DNA of 63,165 nt, filler included, from Octopus bimaculoides (lineage: Eukaryota): assembly GCF_001194135.2 (NCBI RefSeq). It is 5 parts of 5 records of this genome, joined end to end, with 100 filler letters (N's around TTAATTAATTAA, not from the genome) between each part and the next. Parts side by side here need not be neighbours in the genome. Positions count along the whole stretch, not along the records: positions 29,687 to 52,680 come from NC_068981.1; 4 more parts are not named here. One strand, given 5' to 3'. The position numbers were made by a program, and so were the translations under genes. This document shows positions 39,004 to 50,314 of this stretch, piece after piece (within the stretch, counting starts at the first letter, position 1; each line of letters starts with the position of its first letter). The notes beneath the pieces were generated by a model. That model had not been told where the DNA came from. It saw nothing but the letters and a program-made list of their open reading frames with translations, and did not search any database.

Positions 39004-39224
39004 CCTTTCTACTGCAGGCAACAAATTTTGCGGGGTAGGGAGGCGGGGGGAACTAGTCAATTACATCGATCCCAGTGTTTTCACTGGTACTTAATTTATG
39101 GACCCCGAGAGGATGAAAAGCAAAGTCGACCTCGGCGGAATTTGAACTCAGAACGTAATGATTAGCGAAATACCGCTAAACATTTCGACCAACGGGTTAA
39201 CGATTCTGCCAGCTCCCAGCCTTT
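39004..39224 (-). mobile_element. SINE family A, full length, with a 17-bp target-site duplication
   Basis: TTAGGAGTTAAAATAAT at 38987-39003 and 39225-39241 flanks the element exactly. Confidence 0.92.
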
Positions 39225-40693
39225 TTAGGAGTTAAAATAATATATAATATTTAAATTTTCTTCATATGTGAATTATTTTGGAAAGTATGATAAATTTTTC
39301 GATAAGTCCCAAATCGCTGAAAAAAAAAGTATATTAATCCTTTTCTATTCAATTGCAATAATTAAACATTTTAGTTTTTTTTTTTTTTTTTGAAACCATA
39401 GAACCAAATGTGAATGTGTATGAAATATCAATGAGTGATAAAGATGGGAAATGCAAAAGAAATTTTTAAAAAAAAAACGTTTTCAAAACAGTCAATATTT
39501 CTGTAGTTCAAAAATTGCGATTTATGACATAAAATGTCGTCTAGAATTAACCAGAGCCAATAATGACAAACTTTAACTACTAAATATTGTGAAACACACC
39601 TCTACAAATGCAATGTACATATGCAATTTATTTTAAATACAACGAACAACCGGCAGTGAGACTGTTTTTAGCAGATCCTCAAATGGGGCTCACGGCAGGC
39701 AATGGGTCAAGATAGAAGAGCGGTTTTGCTGGAGCCAGTATTCTTGTTTTTATGGCAGAAGAATACTTTTGTTTGGACATAGACATATGATTTGAAGGCG
39801 GGAACATTATTGTTAGGACAAGTAGTTATAATAATTGTTATCGATTCTGCAGAAATGCCTGCTTTTTGTTTGTCTTTTTTTTTGTTTGTATTTTTTTACA
39901 ATATTTTCTTTTCATTTAAATGGCCGTTTACATTGTTATTCTACATGCCTTATTCGCTTCATTATATTCTTTATTTACTCTTCTTCCTCTCCCGACTGTT
40001 ATCCTGGCTCTCTTATATTACCTCCTCCTCCTCCTCCTCTTCCTCCACTGCCTTCCCCACTTTCTCCTCTCTTATCAGTTCATCTAAATCAACATAAATA
40101 TACGTTATTATTGTTATCATCTAATTCCAGTTTAGATTTAGCCAAGTGGTTTCTTGTTAGTTTTAGCATTATTGTTGTTGGTGTTGTGGTTGTTGGTATT
40201 TTAACGTTCCTTTATTGCTAATATTATTGCTAAAAGTATTGTCGTTGTTCGTGGTGGTTAGTGTTCGTGCCATTGATGTTGGTGTTATTACTGGTGTTTC
40301 TACAGCTTATGTTAGAGATATGGCTGTGGTTGTTTATCAATGTTCTTCTTAGTTTTGTAATAGTTGGTGCAGTTGCTGTTGTTGTTGTTGTTGTTGCTTA
40401 TGTTTTCGGTGTTGCTTTTTGTCAGTCATTGTTCATGGTGAGACGATATCTTTTTACATTTTTTCTTTAATTTTTGTTCTTTTTTATANNNNNNNNNNNN
40501 NNNNNNNNNNNNNNNNNNNNNNNNNNNNNNNNNNNNNNNNNNNNNNNNNNNNNNNNNNNNNNNNNNNNNNNNNNNNNNNNNNNNNNNNNNNNNNNNNNNN
40601 NNNNNNNNNNNNNNNNNNNNNNNNNNNNNNNNNNNNNNNNNNNNNNNNNNNNNNNNNNNNNNNNNNNNNNNNNNNNNNNNNNNNNNNNNNNNN

Positions 40694-40745
<52 letters not shown>

Positions 40746-41410
40746 ATATATTACTCTTGTACATTAGACATTATCCTGACTAGAATTCAACGCATATCAT
40801 GATTATTGTTTTGTTTTCTTTTTTTTTTTACGGGGATACAATTTTCTTTTCTTTCCTTCCTTGTTTCTTTTCTTTTTCTGTTTTTTTTTCTTTTGTTTGT
40901 TAGTAAAAAAAATTTACAAAGTCACAGAAGCTTCAGAAATCAAGAATTCCGGCAATTGACAGTTTGGTTGAAAGAATTATCTCCCAACAAACAATTCTTT
41001 TGATGACGAAAATGAGGTGCATCATGATCTGTTTTGGATTAGCTTCTTCCCCCACTTCTCCCTCTCCTTTTCTCCCTTCTGTCTTTCACTCTCTCTTTCT
41101 CACCTACCTATCTGTGTATCGATCTATCTATCTAATCTATCTATCTATCCGTTTAGCTATCTCTCTGCCTGCCTTTCTATATATGTACCTATATACTTGT
41201 TTCTTTATTTATGCATCTATCTGTCCGTTTATATATCAATCACTCTTTTTATAGAGAACCTCTTCCCCTTTCTCACACGCTTGCCCTGTCTATATTTCCC
41301 GTCTTTTCAATTTTTTTGCATATTTATATGTCTTTTCAAGTGAGCGTCACATTATGTGTTGAAACATGAGTTCTGCGACTGATGTCTGTGACTACTGTCA
41401 TGTGTGTGTA

Positions 41411-41470
<60 letters not shown>

Positions 41471-41907
41471 CGAACGCACATATACACACGTGATATATTC
41501 ATGTATTCACATATAAAAGCACGTGATATTTTAGTATTTTCAGTATTTTATATGTTAAAAAGACCTCAAAAGCCAGGAAGACTTAACCAGTTTTATTGTT
41601 GACTCTTAATTGAATATTTTCTTCCGGTATAAAAACCATCTTCTTGGATTTGGCAAATTCGTGATACTGGAAGCAAATTATTTCAGCCAGTCCGCATCTA
41701 GAAATTGCTCCATAAATATCAATGGGAATGACTACAAGCATTCACAGTTTGCGATCTTTTGTCCAAAATTGCGAAAGGGTCTACTAGAATGTTATAATTC
41801 CCCCAGAAAAACGAGATCACAACTGTAAGCATTGATTTATCGCGTGATTTATTGCAGATCAATCAATTTTATTATAATCGCTAGTATTACCATCCTTTAT
41901 AAAATAT

Positions 41908-42040
41908 GCCTAGGTCGACTTTGTCTTTCATCCCTTTCGGGGGTCGATAAAATAAGTACCAGTAGTACACTGAGGTCGATGTAATAGATTTAGCCCTACC
42001 TCCATAACTTACTGTCCTTCTGCCAAAATTTGAAACCAAT
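41908..42040 (+). mobile_element. 5'-truncated SINE family A
   Basis: GGTCGACTTTGTCTTTCATCCCTTTCGGGGGTCGATAAAATAAGTACCAGT...GAGGTCGATGTAAT, with tail variant CTGCCAAAATTTGAAACCAAT. Confidence 0.75.
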
Positions 42041-42164
42041 ATCGTCATCCAATACAGACCAGATATATATTTGGATAGCGAAGTGGTAAAATGTGATTTT
42101 GTGTCTGAATAACGAATGAAACGTATAAAAGATTGACATTCTTTCGAAAAATTCTGCTATTTCG

Positions 42165-42670
42165 GAAGCACCAGTATTCCCAGTCGACATCGACGGATAA
42201 CGAATGATGTTTTCACTTCAACTTTCAAAAGTCCAATATACAACAATCACCAGTCTTTCGCTACAAACTTACAGCTTAATAATATTTATTGAATATAATA
42301 AATTTCTGTGGCTAGCTGGATTCCATCTTTTCTACTCTTCCCCAGATTGACAAAATCATAGTCCTCGAAGACTTCAATGCAACATTAAGACGATATTATC
42401 CTCAAAGACAATCGTTGGAAATAATGGATAGGCCAAACAGAAGGCAACGGAGCCCTTCTTCTCTGTAAATGTACCGAAAACAATAATCTGATCATTCTTA
42501 ACACTATTTTCAAAAGAAGATTAACTTCAAATCTTCCCGCAGCATCCACCCACTATATCTTCTGAACAACAAGACTTGTTATCAACCAAAACGCTCGAAG
42601 ACCGCAATTCGATATGTTCAAAGACTGAATGGAACAATCGAATCATCTTACGTTTTTGAATTAACTCTAA
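42165..42670 (+). mobile_element. Fossil RTE-clade LINE APE endonuclease fragment
   Basis: RMMFSLQLSKVQYTTIT (~RLMTLRLxLxxxxxATII), VLEDFNATL (~LGDFNARV), IVGNNG, EGNGALLLCKCTENNNLIILNTIFK (~NxNGxLLLxxCxExxLxIxNTxF). Confidence 0.7.
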
Positions 42671-42769
42671 AAAATTTAATATACGAAAATTTAACACTGC
42701 TAGCTTTCGTAATTAGGTAAAGAATTCTATATTTCCAGGTTATCCAATAATTTCTCAAACGAAATCATC

Positions 42770-44016
42770 ACCCATTAGGAAGAGAGAAGAACATCATCAC
42801 TGACCCCTTGTAAAGATAAGCTTGGCCTTCAAAACAGAAAACAAGTTTATTTTGAGAAAGATAAATGACGAAGAGCTGCATCAATTGATTGTAGCCAAAG
42901 GTTAAACATTCTTCGACCTGCAGAGAAGCAAACTTCGAGCTCAAAATGGTGGCTTTGCCAGAAATGAAACACAAAATTTAGAAAAAAATTTGTACCCTGA
43001 AAATCAACTGGTGACCCGACAAACTGGGAAATTCCCGCTGATATCAAAGAAACCAAAGGTCTTTTGAATGCCAGTGGCATTTATGTTCATATACACCCAA
43101 AAGGTTGGATGGATAAGGGAGGAATGAGATAGTGGCTTGAAAAAGTGTGGTCCTGGTGGGCTATTAAAGAAACTTGCCTTATTGGTTGAGGACCAGTTTT
43201 GGGGCTCATAGTGTTTGATAAGAGGAAACTTGGAGAACTGCAGACCCGGTTAGCTGTAATTCCAAGGGGCCCAATCAGTCAGTTACAGCCTTTAGATGTT
43301 TCAATCAGTAAACCATCTGAAAGATTCATGCGGAAGGAGTGGAACAAGTGGATGCAGTCTTCAGATTTTGAAGTTTCACCAACAGGAAGAAGGAAGAGGC
43401 CTTCTATTACATAGGTGAGTGGGTAAAAGGTCCATGGAATGTTGTAAAAGAAGAGGTGGTTGTGAAATCATTAAAAAAAGTGTGGCATTAGTAATGTCCT
43501 TGGTGGTACTGAGGACAATTTATTGTTTGAAGAAGATATTGATGACGGAGATTCCATTGCAGAGAATTCAAGTGACGAGGAGAGTCCCGGTAATATGGAC
43601 GACAGCAGTGAGAATGAGTAATTGTTACTATCGATAGGAATCCATCACATTTATTGTCCTTTGCTGATTGGTTTCCACCAGTTTTTATCAGAATATTTGC
43701 TTTTTTTTTTTCTTTGCATTTGCCAGGATCCTTTGATACCAATGTACATTTCTTTTTTGCTATGGCAAATTTAATTTGGTTTCCTTTGAAGGTGAGTGTA
43801 AAGCTAGATAGGTTTCCATACTTTATTCCTGTATACTGTCACAGTATTGTATTTCATGCAGAGAATCAGACAATTTTGCATACAAAACCACTTTAAAATA
43901 TCTTTCAATAAATGTACGATTAAACATACTAAAATTGTTGTTTCCCGCAAAATATCCTTGTAAAATAAGGGATGCGTCTTATGTGAGGGTAGTCCAATGC
44001 GCCGGCAAATACGGTA
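42770..44016 (+). mobile_element. Fossil pogo/Tigger-type DDE transposase with right TIR
   Basis: GIYVHIHPKGWMDKGGM, WLEKVW, LLVEDQF, LAVIPRGPISQLQPLDVSISKP (~VIPGGLTSxLQPLDVxxNKP), KKCGISN. The right end GCGCCGGCAAATACGG|TA (to 44016) is of the pogo CCGTATTT..CGGCG TIR type. Left end not found. Confidence 0.85.
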
Positions 44017-44193
44017 TTTACTGCCGAAGTTTTGTAAATTTTGCCTTTTTAAAACTTTTTTTCAGAAAACGATTATCACGTAAACTACCAAACAAACAGT
44101 CTCTCTTACTAATAAGTATTATGTTTTTGCGATCGCGTGCTTGTGTTTGTACAAACATATGTGTGTATGTACGTATAGATTATATAAATGTAT

Positions 44194-44242
<49 letters not shown>

Positions 44243-44370
44243 CGCGCGTTCGTGTATGCAGGAAAAAGTTATGTATACATATCTATACATATTAAACACA
44301 TATATTCATACATACACAATCATGCGTATAAGTTGGTATAGCTATCTATCTCTCTCTCTCTCTCTCTCTC

Positions 44371-44408
<38 letters not shown>

Positions 44409-44661
44409 AGTATATATATCTATACATTCATATATGTGTCTATATGTTTGAACGGTGTATTGCATTTTTGCGCATAAATGTGTACTTTCAGTCTGGTAAT
44501 TGGTTTTCAAGCAAAATTTTAACCAGATGTTTCCAAAGAAAATTTCCTTGCAAATCTTCTATATTTCTTCACTATTCCACTGTTGTATGTCTTCCCATAT
44601 AACTTTCTCCCTCTTTTCTTTTCTCATAATTCCTCTCTGATGTGTTCTCTTTCTCCTCTCC

Positions 44662-44700
<39 letters not shown>

Positions 44701-45646
44701 TTATTCCTCCAATCTCCCTCTATTTTTCTCCAATTTCTTTTTCTTCCAATTTTTTTTCGTCATCATTAATATTGCACTCCGTTCCATTAATAAATAGACT
44801 TATTTTTCATGTGATTTGCTAATTTAGAAAGAATTGACAACAACTGTGTTGTCAAGCTGGTAATCAACATTACACTGTATGTGTAAAGGTTGTATTTGAG
44901 AATGGCTCTAAGTGTCTACGTCTATGCGTGCGTTTGTATGTCGACTGTGTAGCGAGCTCTGTGTGTGTCTACTTGTTTCTATGTTTGTGTGTGTGCGAAC
45001 GCGTGCGCGTGTGAGAAGTAGAGAGTGATTAATAATTCGGCTTCTTACTCTTTCTCCCTCCTTATGTATATAATTGATATATGTTCATTTCATTTGGTTA
45101 GTTTCGTAGAACGGCGGTCGACTTCAAAGGAAAGTCTAAATTGCGCCTCGTTTGTGCTGAAATGAACGGATTATGTGTTAAAGATAAACATTATTGTTAC
45201 AGATGTTGAAAGAAAATATTACAGAAGAACCACACAGATGTATACATATATATATATATACATATATNNNNNNNNNNATACACATATATAAATATAAATA
45301 TATATGTATACATACACATACACGCGCGCGCACACACATATATATAGTCAGCTATCATACATCCCACCTAGCTATAATTTGCATACATACTTACTTCTTA
45401 GTTTCAAGTAAACACGTACAGATTTGCATACAGCTACATGTACACCATATACATATATATTTACGTATGTGTGTATACGCACACACACACACACATACAT
45501 ATATGTATGTATGCATGCATACGTATATCTATATATGTATATACATACATATATACATATCTATATATATACACATATATACATATATACACATATACAT
45601 ACATATAGACACATGAACAGGAACAAACACACACATATATTATAAT

Positions 45647-45685
<39 letters not shown>

Positions 45686-46717
45686 CACACACACACACAC
45701 ACACAGATATATACTTACATATATTTACAGGTATGTATATGTATGTATTGTATATATAATTACAAGCCATAATATGGATGCTATATATATACTTATGTGT
45801 GTTTCGTGTGTATAAGATAATCCACAGATTCCTGCGTGCAAACATTTACGTTATACACATACATGCATATACGTATATACTGGCATGTGTATGTACATCC
45901 ATCCATCTATACATGCATATTTACATACATACATACATACATGCATGCATGCATACATACATACATACATACATACATACAATCACACACGCACATTGCA
46001 TAGTTAACCACAGTACGTGACTGTCTATAAAGTTTCTTTGCTTCTATGCATATATGCTCGTATGTATATTCATATCTATCTATCTAATTATTTATCTATC
46101 TGTGTGTGTGTATGTGTGTGTGTATGCATGCATGCTTGTGTTTGTATACGTCTGTGTACATGAATTGAAGTAAATAACGAGAATATTCGCAGCGACAGGT
46201 GATTCGTCCAAAGAGGTAAACTCTGTCCAAATACATCCGCCATTATGTTTATAGTACAAACACAATATTATAAAGAATGTTTACAATCATATATGTCCAC
46301 TTACGTAGTCAGAACATACACCTTCTCTTTGATCCAGCGGACTGTTGACTATTCAGCTAAACTCTCTCTAGTTTTGTTATTCCTTCTATAATTAACTTCC
46401 AATATGTCGGAAAACAGATATTTTTTTTTTTAATGAAATGTCAAATTAATTCATTTTAGCACCGGGTATTTTTTTTAAAGATTATTGTTATCGAATTTTG
46501 TTTAAGTTGAAGTAAACAGGAAAAAGGAGAAATAATTATACATGATTGATCGAAATTGATCAAATAATTTTTTCAGCATTCAAGTCGTTGTTGTTATTGT
46601 TGTTTTTTTAGTCCTTGGCCAGACTTGATCAAGAAAAACCATGTTCATAACCACAGCAACCGTGAATATCCCATGACATATGCCCCAAATATATTTAAAC
46701 TGGTAACAAAATTTGTA

Positions 46718-46940
46718 TTTCTTATTTCTGTACTGCCCACAGGGATCTACACACAGAGGGGACAAACAAGGACAGGCAAACGGATTAAGTCGATTATATC
46801 GACCCCAGTGCGTAACTGGTACTTATTTAATTGACCCCAAATGGATGAAAGACAAAGTTGACCTCGGCGGAATTTGAACTCAGAACGTAGCGGTAAGTAT
46901 TTCGCCCGGCGTGCTAACGTTTCTGCCAGCTCACCGCCTT
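46718..46940 (-). mobile_element. SINE family A, full length, alternative 3' tail
   Basis: Same head and core as 50088-50314, but the tail is AATCCGTTTGCCTGTCCTTGTTTGTCCCCTCTGTGTGTAGATCCCTGTGGGCAGTACAGAAATAAGAAA. Confidence 0.88.
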
Positions 46941-47108
46941 AAATTTGTATTTCTGCTCATCTCTACTTAGTATTGTCACCCCGTATTCTATTTACGCCGA
47001 GCCGCTGAATAGCTCAACCAGTCATTGAACGATGACCGGGAATATCATAAAATATCATAAAAGGGACCTGTCACTCCTGTCAGTTCGCAGCGACTGCATT
47101 TCCGGTAT

Positions 47109-47156
47109 CTGTGGCTGGAGAGGAGATAACCACTCCGAAACGCATGTATCCAACAG
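47109..47156 (+). ncRNA. Degenerate minimal type I hammerhead ribozyme motif
   Basis: CTGTGG-[CTGGAGA]-GGAG(ATAACCA)CTCC-[GAAAC]-GCAT-GT-A-TCCAACAG. Stem II is perfect, stem III is AC/GT with a short loop, and stem I is CTGTGG/CC(A)ACAG. The core has A6>G. Confidence 0.55.
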
Positions 47157-47972
47157 CCTGGATAGCAGGTCCTGTGAGCTAACTCGGTGTATTTACACCT
47201 ATTTATCTGCAACGAGGAATTTTCTCCATCACAAATTATAGTGAACGGTCTTCTTACGGGTTTGAATACATCTCAGGCATAATTGAATTATTAACAAGTT
47301 TGTATTGATACACATCACCACTTAGCGCTGTCACCTCGAATAACCCGTCATATGACAACTAACTCTGCAACTATAAATTTGCCACCATGGTTAGTTAATA
47401 TTAGGAAATATAACAGGCATACAATAATTGTAATTTAACTCTTATCGAATTTCTTGATGCTTATATGAGATCATAAGATGCATATTAATTTCCAAAAGAA
47501 AAGAAATGTATCTTTTCCTTCAATATTATTTCTAAAAATGCAATATCCAAAAAGTACCAAAAATCTGAAACTAAAATTACTCTGCGTGATAATTCTATAT
47601 TAAGGAAGTTCACACACAGATACCCTCGCTTACTTAAACATCCCTCTCTTCCTATGTGTGTGTGTGTGTGTGTGTGTGCGTGTGTCTGTGTATGCGTGTG
47701 TGTATGTGTGAGTGTCTGTGTATACATATGTGTGTGTGAATATGTATGTATACATATGTATATATGCCATGATTCTCTCTTTTTCACTGTGTTTATGTGT
47801 AGCGTTCATTTCAGCGTTGAATAAAATATAGGCGCGTAATAGCAAATTTAACATGTTCCTGTACACTGAGACGCGGGAAGGTCTTTATCTGGTGTAACAG
47901 ACTCTGTTAAACTTCTCCCGATAAACGGCACATGTGGAAACACACCATTCGATTATGAATGACGTCATCGGA

Positions 47973-48017
47973 TTGTAGGACACTTATTTATGCGCTGCTA
48001 CGCTTCATCAGCGCCGG
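47973..48017 (-). ncRNA. Degenerate hammerhead motif, left arm of the palindrome
   Basis: Reverse complement [CTGATGA]-AGCG(TAGCAG)CGCA-[TAAAT]-AAGT-GTC-CTACAA. Homologous to the plus-strand copy at 48139-48185. Confidence 0.35.
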
Positions 48018-48138
48018 ACAACGAATCTTTCGTTGAAAGCCCTCTAATAATGGTTGTTCTGTTATATATCGCTAGCAAATAGTATATTTGCTAATGTGCA
48101 CATCATTCTTGGGACGCTATGAATGACTGATTCGGTTC

Positions 48139-48185
48139 TCGTCACTGATGAGGTGTGACGACACAGAAACACATGCGTCCTACGG
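48139..48185 (+). ncRNA. Degenerate hammerhead motif, right arm of the palindrome
   Basis: [CTGATGA]-G-GTGT(GACG)ACAC-A-[GAAAC]-ACATGC-GTC-CTACGG. Intact CUGAUGA/GAAA core and GUC site; G10.1:A11.1 mismatch and a weakened stem I. Confidence 0.55.
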
Positions 48186-48654
48186 TCCGGTGTCAACATT
48201 CGTAATCCAACGACATATTTTCATGCATATTGTCTCTCCATATCCATGTGTACACGAGTGTGCTAAGTAAAATTGAAATTACCAATTTATTGAAACAGGA
48301 AATAATCTGCTTCCAGAAATATTGTTCTGAAAAATATCATTCCTTCAATATTTATTTATCTTTAGCTAAAATGTATGATTTTTCTGTGCAAGTACACTCC
48401 GTAAACTTTGTCAAAGAATTGACATTTAACGGTCTTTTGTTGTTGTTTTTTTTTTAAATATTAATTTCTACCATTGCACCTTTGATATATTAATATGTCA
48501 CGAAGTTAAAAATTTACAGTGAATTGCGAATTTTCTGGTTCCAATCAGTAAGAGACAAACTTCTCAATTGATCATTGTTAATCTAACACGACCAACGAGA
48601 ATCTTCTTTCATCAACTTCTATTGTCTCAAACTTCCTTACCCAGCATTTATCTC

Positions 48655-48696
48655 CGCAGCAGCGGCAACAGCAGCAGCGGTAGCAGCAACAACGGC

Positions 48697-48755
<59 letters not shown>

Positions 48756-48881
48756 CAGCAGCAGCAGCAGCAGCAGCAGTACGGGGCGATGTGAAACAAA
48801 CCTGTTTTTGTGCTTTTTGTAAGATTTAATCTGTTAATTTGTAATTTCATATTTTCTATCGTTTCTGAAATGCTAACTGAA

Positions 48882-48973
<92 letters not shown>

Positions 48974-49030
48974 AACTGCTGCTGCTACTACTACCTCTAT
49001 TGTTATTATCATTATTAATCGTGTTGTTGT

Positions 49031-49071
<41 letters not shown>

Positions 49072-49156
49072 TGATAATAATAATAATAATAATAATTATT
49101 ATTATTATTATTATTGTTGTTGTTGTTGTTGTTGTTATTATTATTATTATTATTAT

Positions 49157-49226
<70 letters not shown>
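48655..49226. repeat. Long compound trinucleotide array (AGC/AGT/ATT/ACT/AAT/GTT/AGT)
   Basis: Directly visible. Confidence 0.95.
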
Positions 49227-49227
<1 letters not shown>

Positions 49228-49865
49228 TCCTTTTCTAACTGAGTGGGCAAGAAAAATGAAACATAGATGAGATATTTTAATAATCGTTCAAGTTACCCCG
49301 CAAGGCAACAATAGAAATGATTATCCGACATCAAGTGTCAAAATAATATATCAAGCAATTTATTAATGATAAAACAACAAACATTTGAAATTAAACGTGA
49401 TTGAAAGAAAATAAAACGTTAAACGAAGCTTTTGGTTTTGGCTTTAAAAATCTCAATTATTGCAACTCTCATAGAAACCAGGTGAAACGCGGTATGGTGT
49501 AATGGCCGCAAGAGAAAAGGTGAACAAAGGATGGAAGGAAGGAGAAAATAAGATGCATGCATTGATTGTTACGTATTTGTTGACAGCATGAACTAATTAA
49601 TTAATTATATCTCATCACTTAATTGATATAATTATTTACTTGACAAGTGATCACTCATTAATTTATGATATTATCAGAAATTATAAATGACTAAATCAAT
49701 ATTTTGGAGAAAATGTCCGTCGTTTCCTCCATGATGAATATTTCCAATCATTAAAACCTTCCACGAATTTTACAGAATTTGCTTAAATATTTATAGAAAA
49801 TAATAAAAACTTTTAATATTTATCTAATACAGGTTTTATTATGATTATTATAACTGAGTGCGGCA

Positions 49866-50082
49866 AAGCGGCGAGCTGGAAGAATCGTTAGCACGCTGGA
49901 CAAAATGCTTAGCAGTATTTTGTCTGACTTTACGCTCTGAGTTCAAATTCTGTCGACGTTGAGTTTGCCTTTCATCCTTTCAGAGTCGATAAATTAAGTA
50001 CCAGTTGCATACTGGAGTCGATCTAATTGACTGGCCCCCACTCCCCAAAAATTTCGAGCCTTGTGCTGAGAAGAAAAGAATA
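49866..50082 (+). mobile_element. SINE family A, copy 1 of a head-to-tail pair
   Basis: GCGGCGAGCTGGAAGAATCGTTAGCACG (A-box), GAGTTCAAATTC (B-box), GCCTTTCATCCTTTCAGAGTCGATAAATTAAGTACCAG core, and tail CCCCAAAAATTTCGAGCCTTGTGC..AGAAAAGAAT. Confidence 0.92.
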
Positions 50083-50087
50083 TAACA

Positions 50088-50314
50088 AAGGCGGTGAGCT
50101 GGCAGAAACGTTAGCACGCTGGACGAAACGCTACGCGGTATTTCACCCGTCGCTACGTTCTGAGTTCAAATTCTGCCGAGGTCGACATTGCCTTTTATCT
50201 TTTTGGAGTCGATAAATCAAGTACCAGTGAAACACTGGGGATAGATGTAATCGACTACTCCCCTCCCCTAAAGTTTTCAGGCCTTGTGCCTTTAGTAGAA
50301 AGGGTTATTATTAT
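50088..50314 (+). mobile_element. SINE family A, copy 2 of a head-to-tail pair
   Basis: Same architecture; ends GGCCTTGTGCCTTTAGTAGAAAGGG(TTA)n at the gap. Confidence 0.92.
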
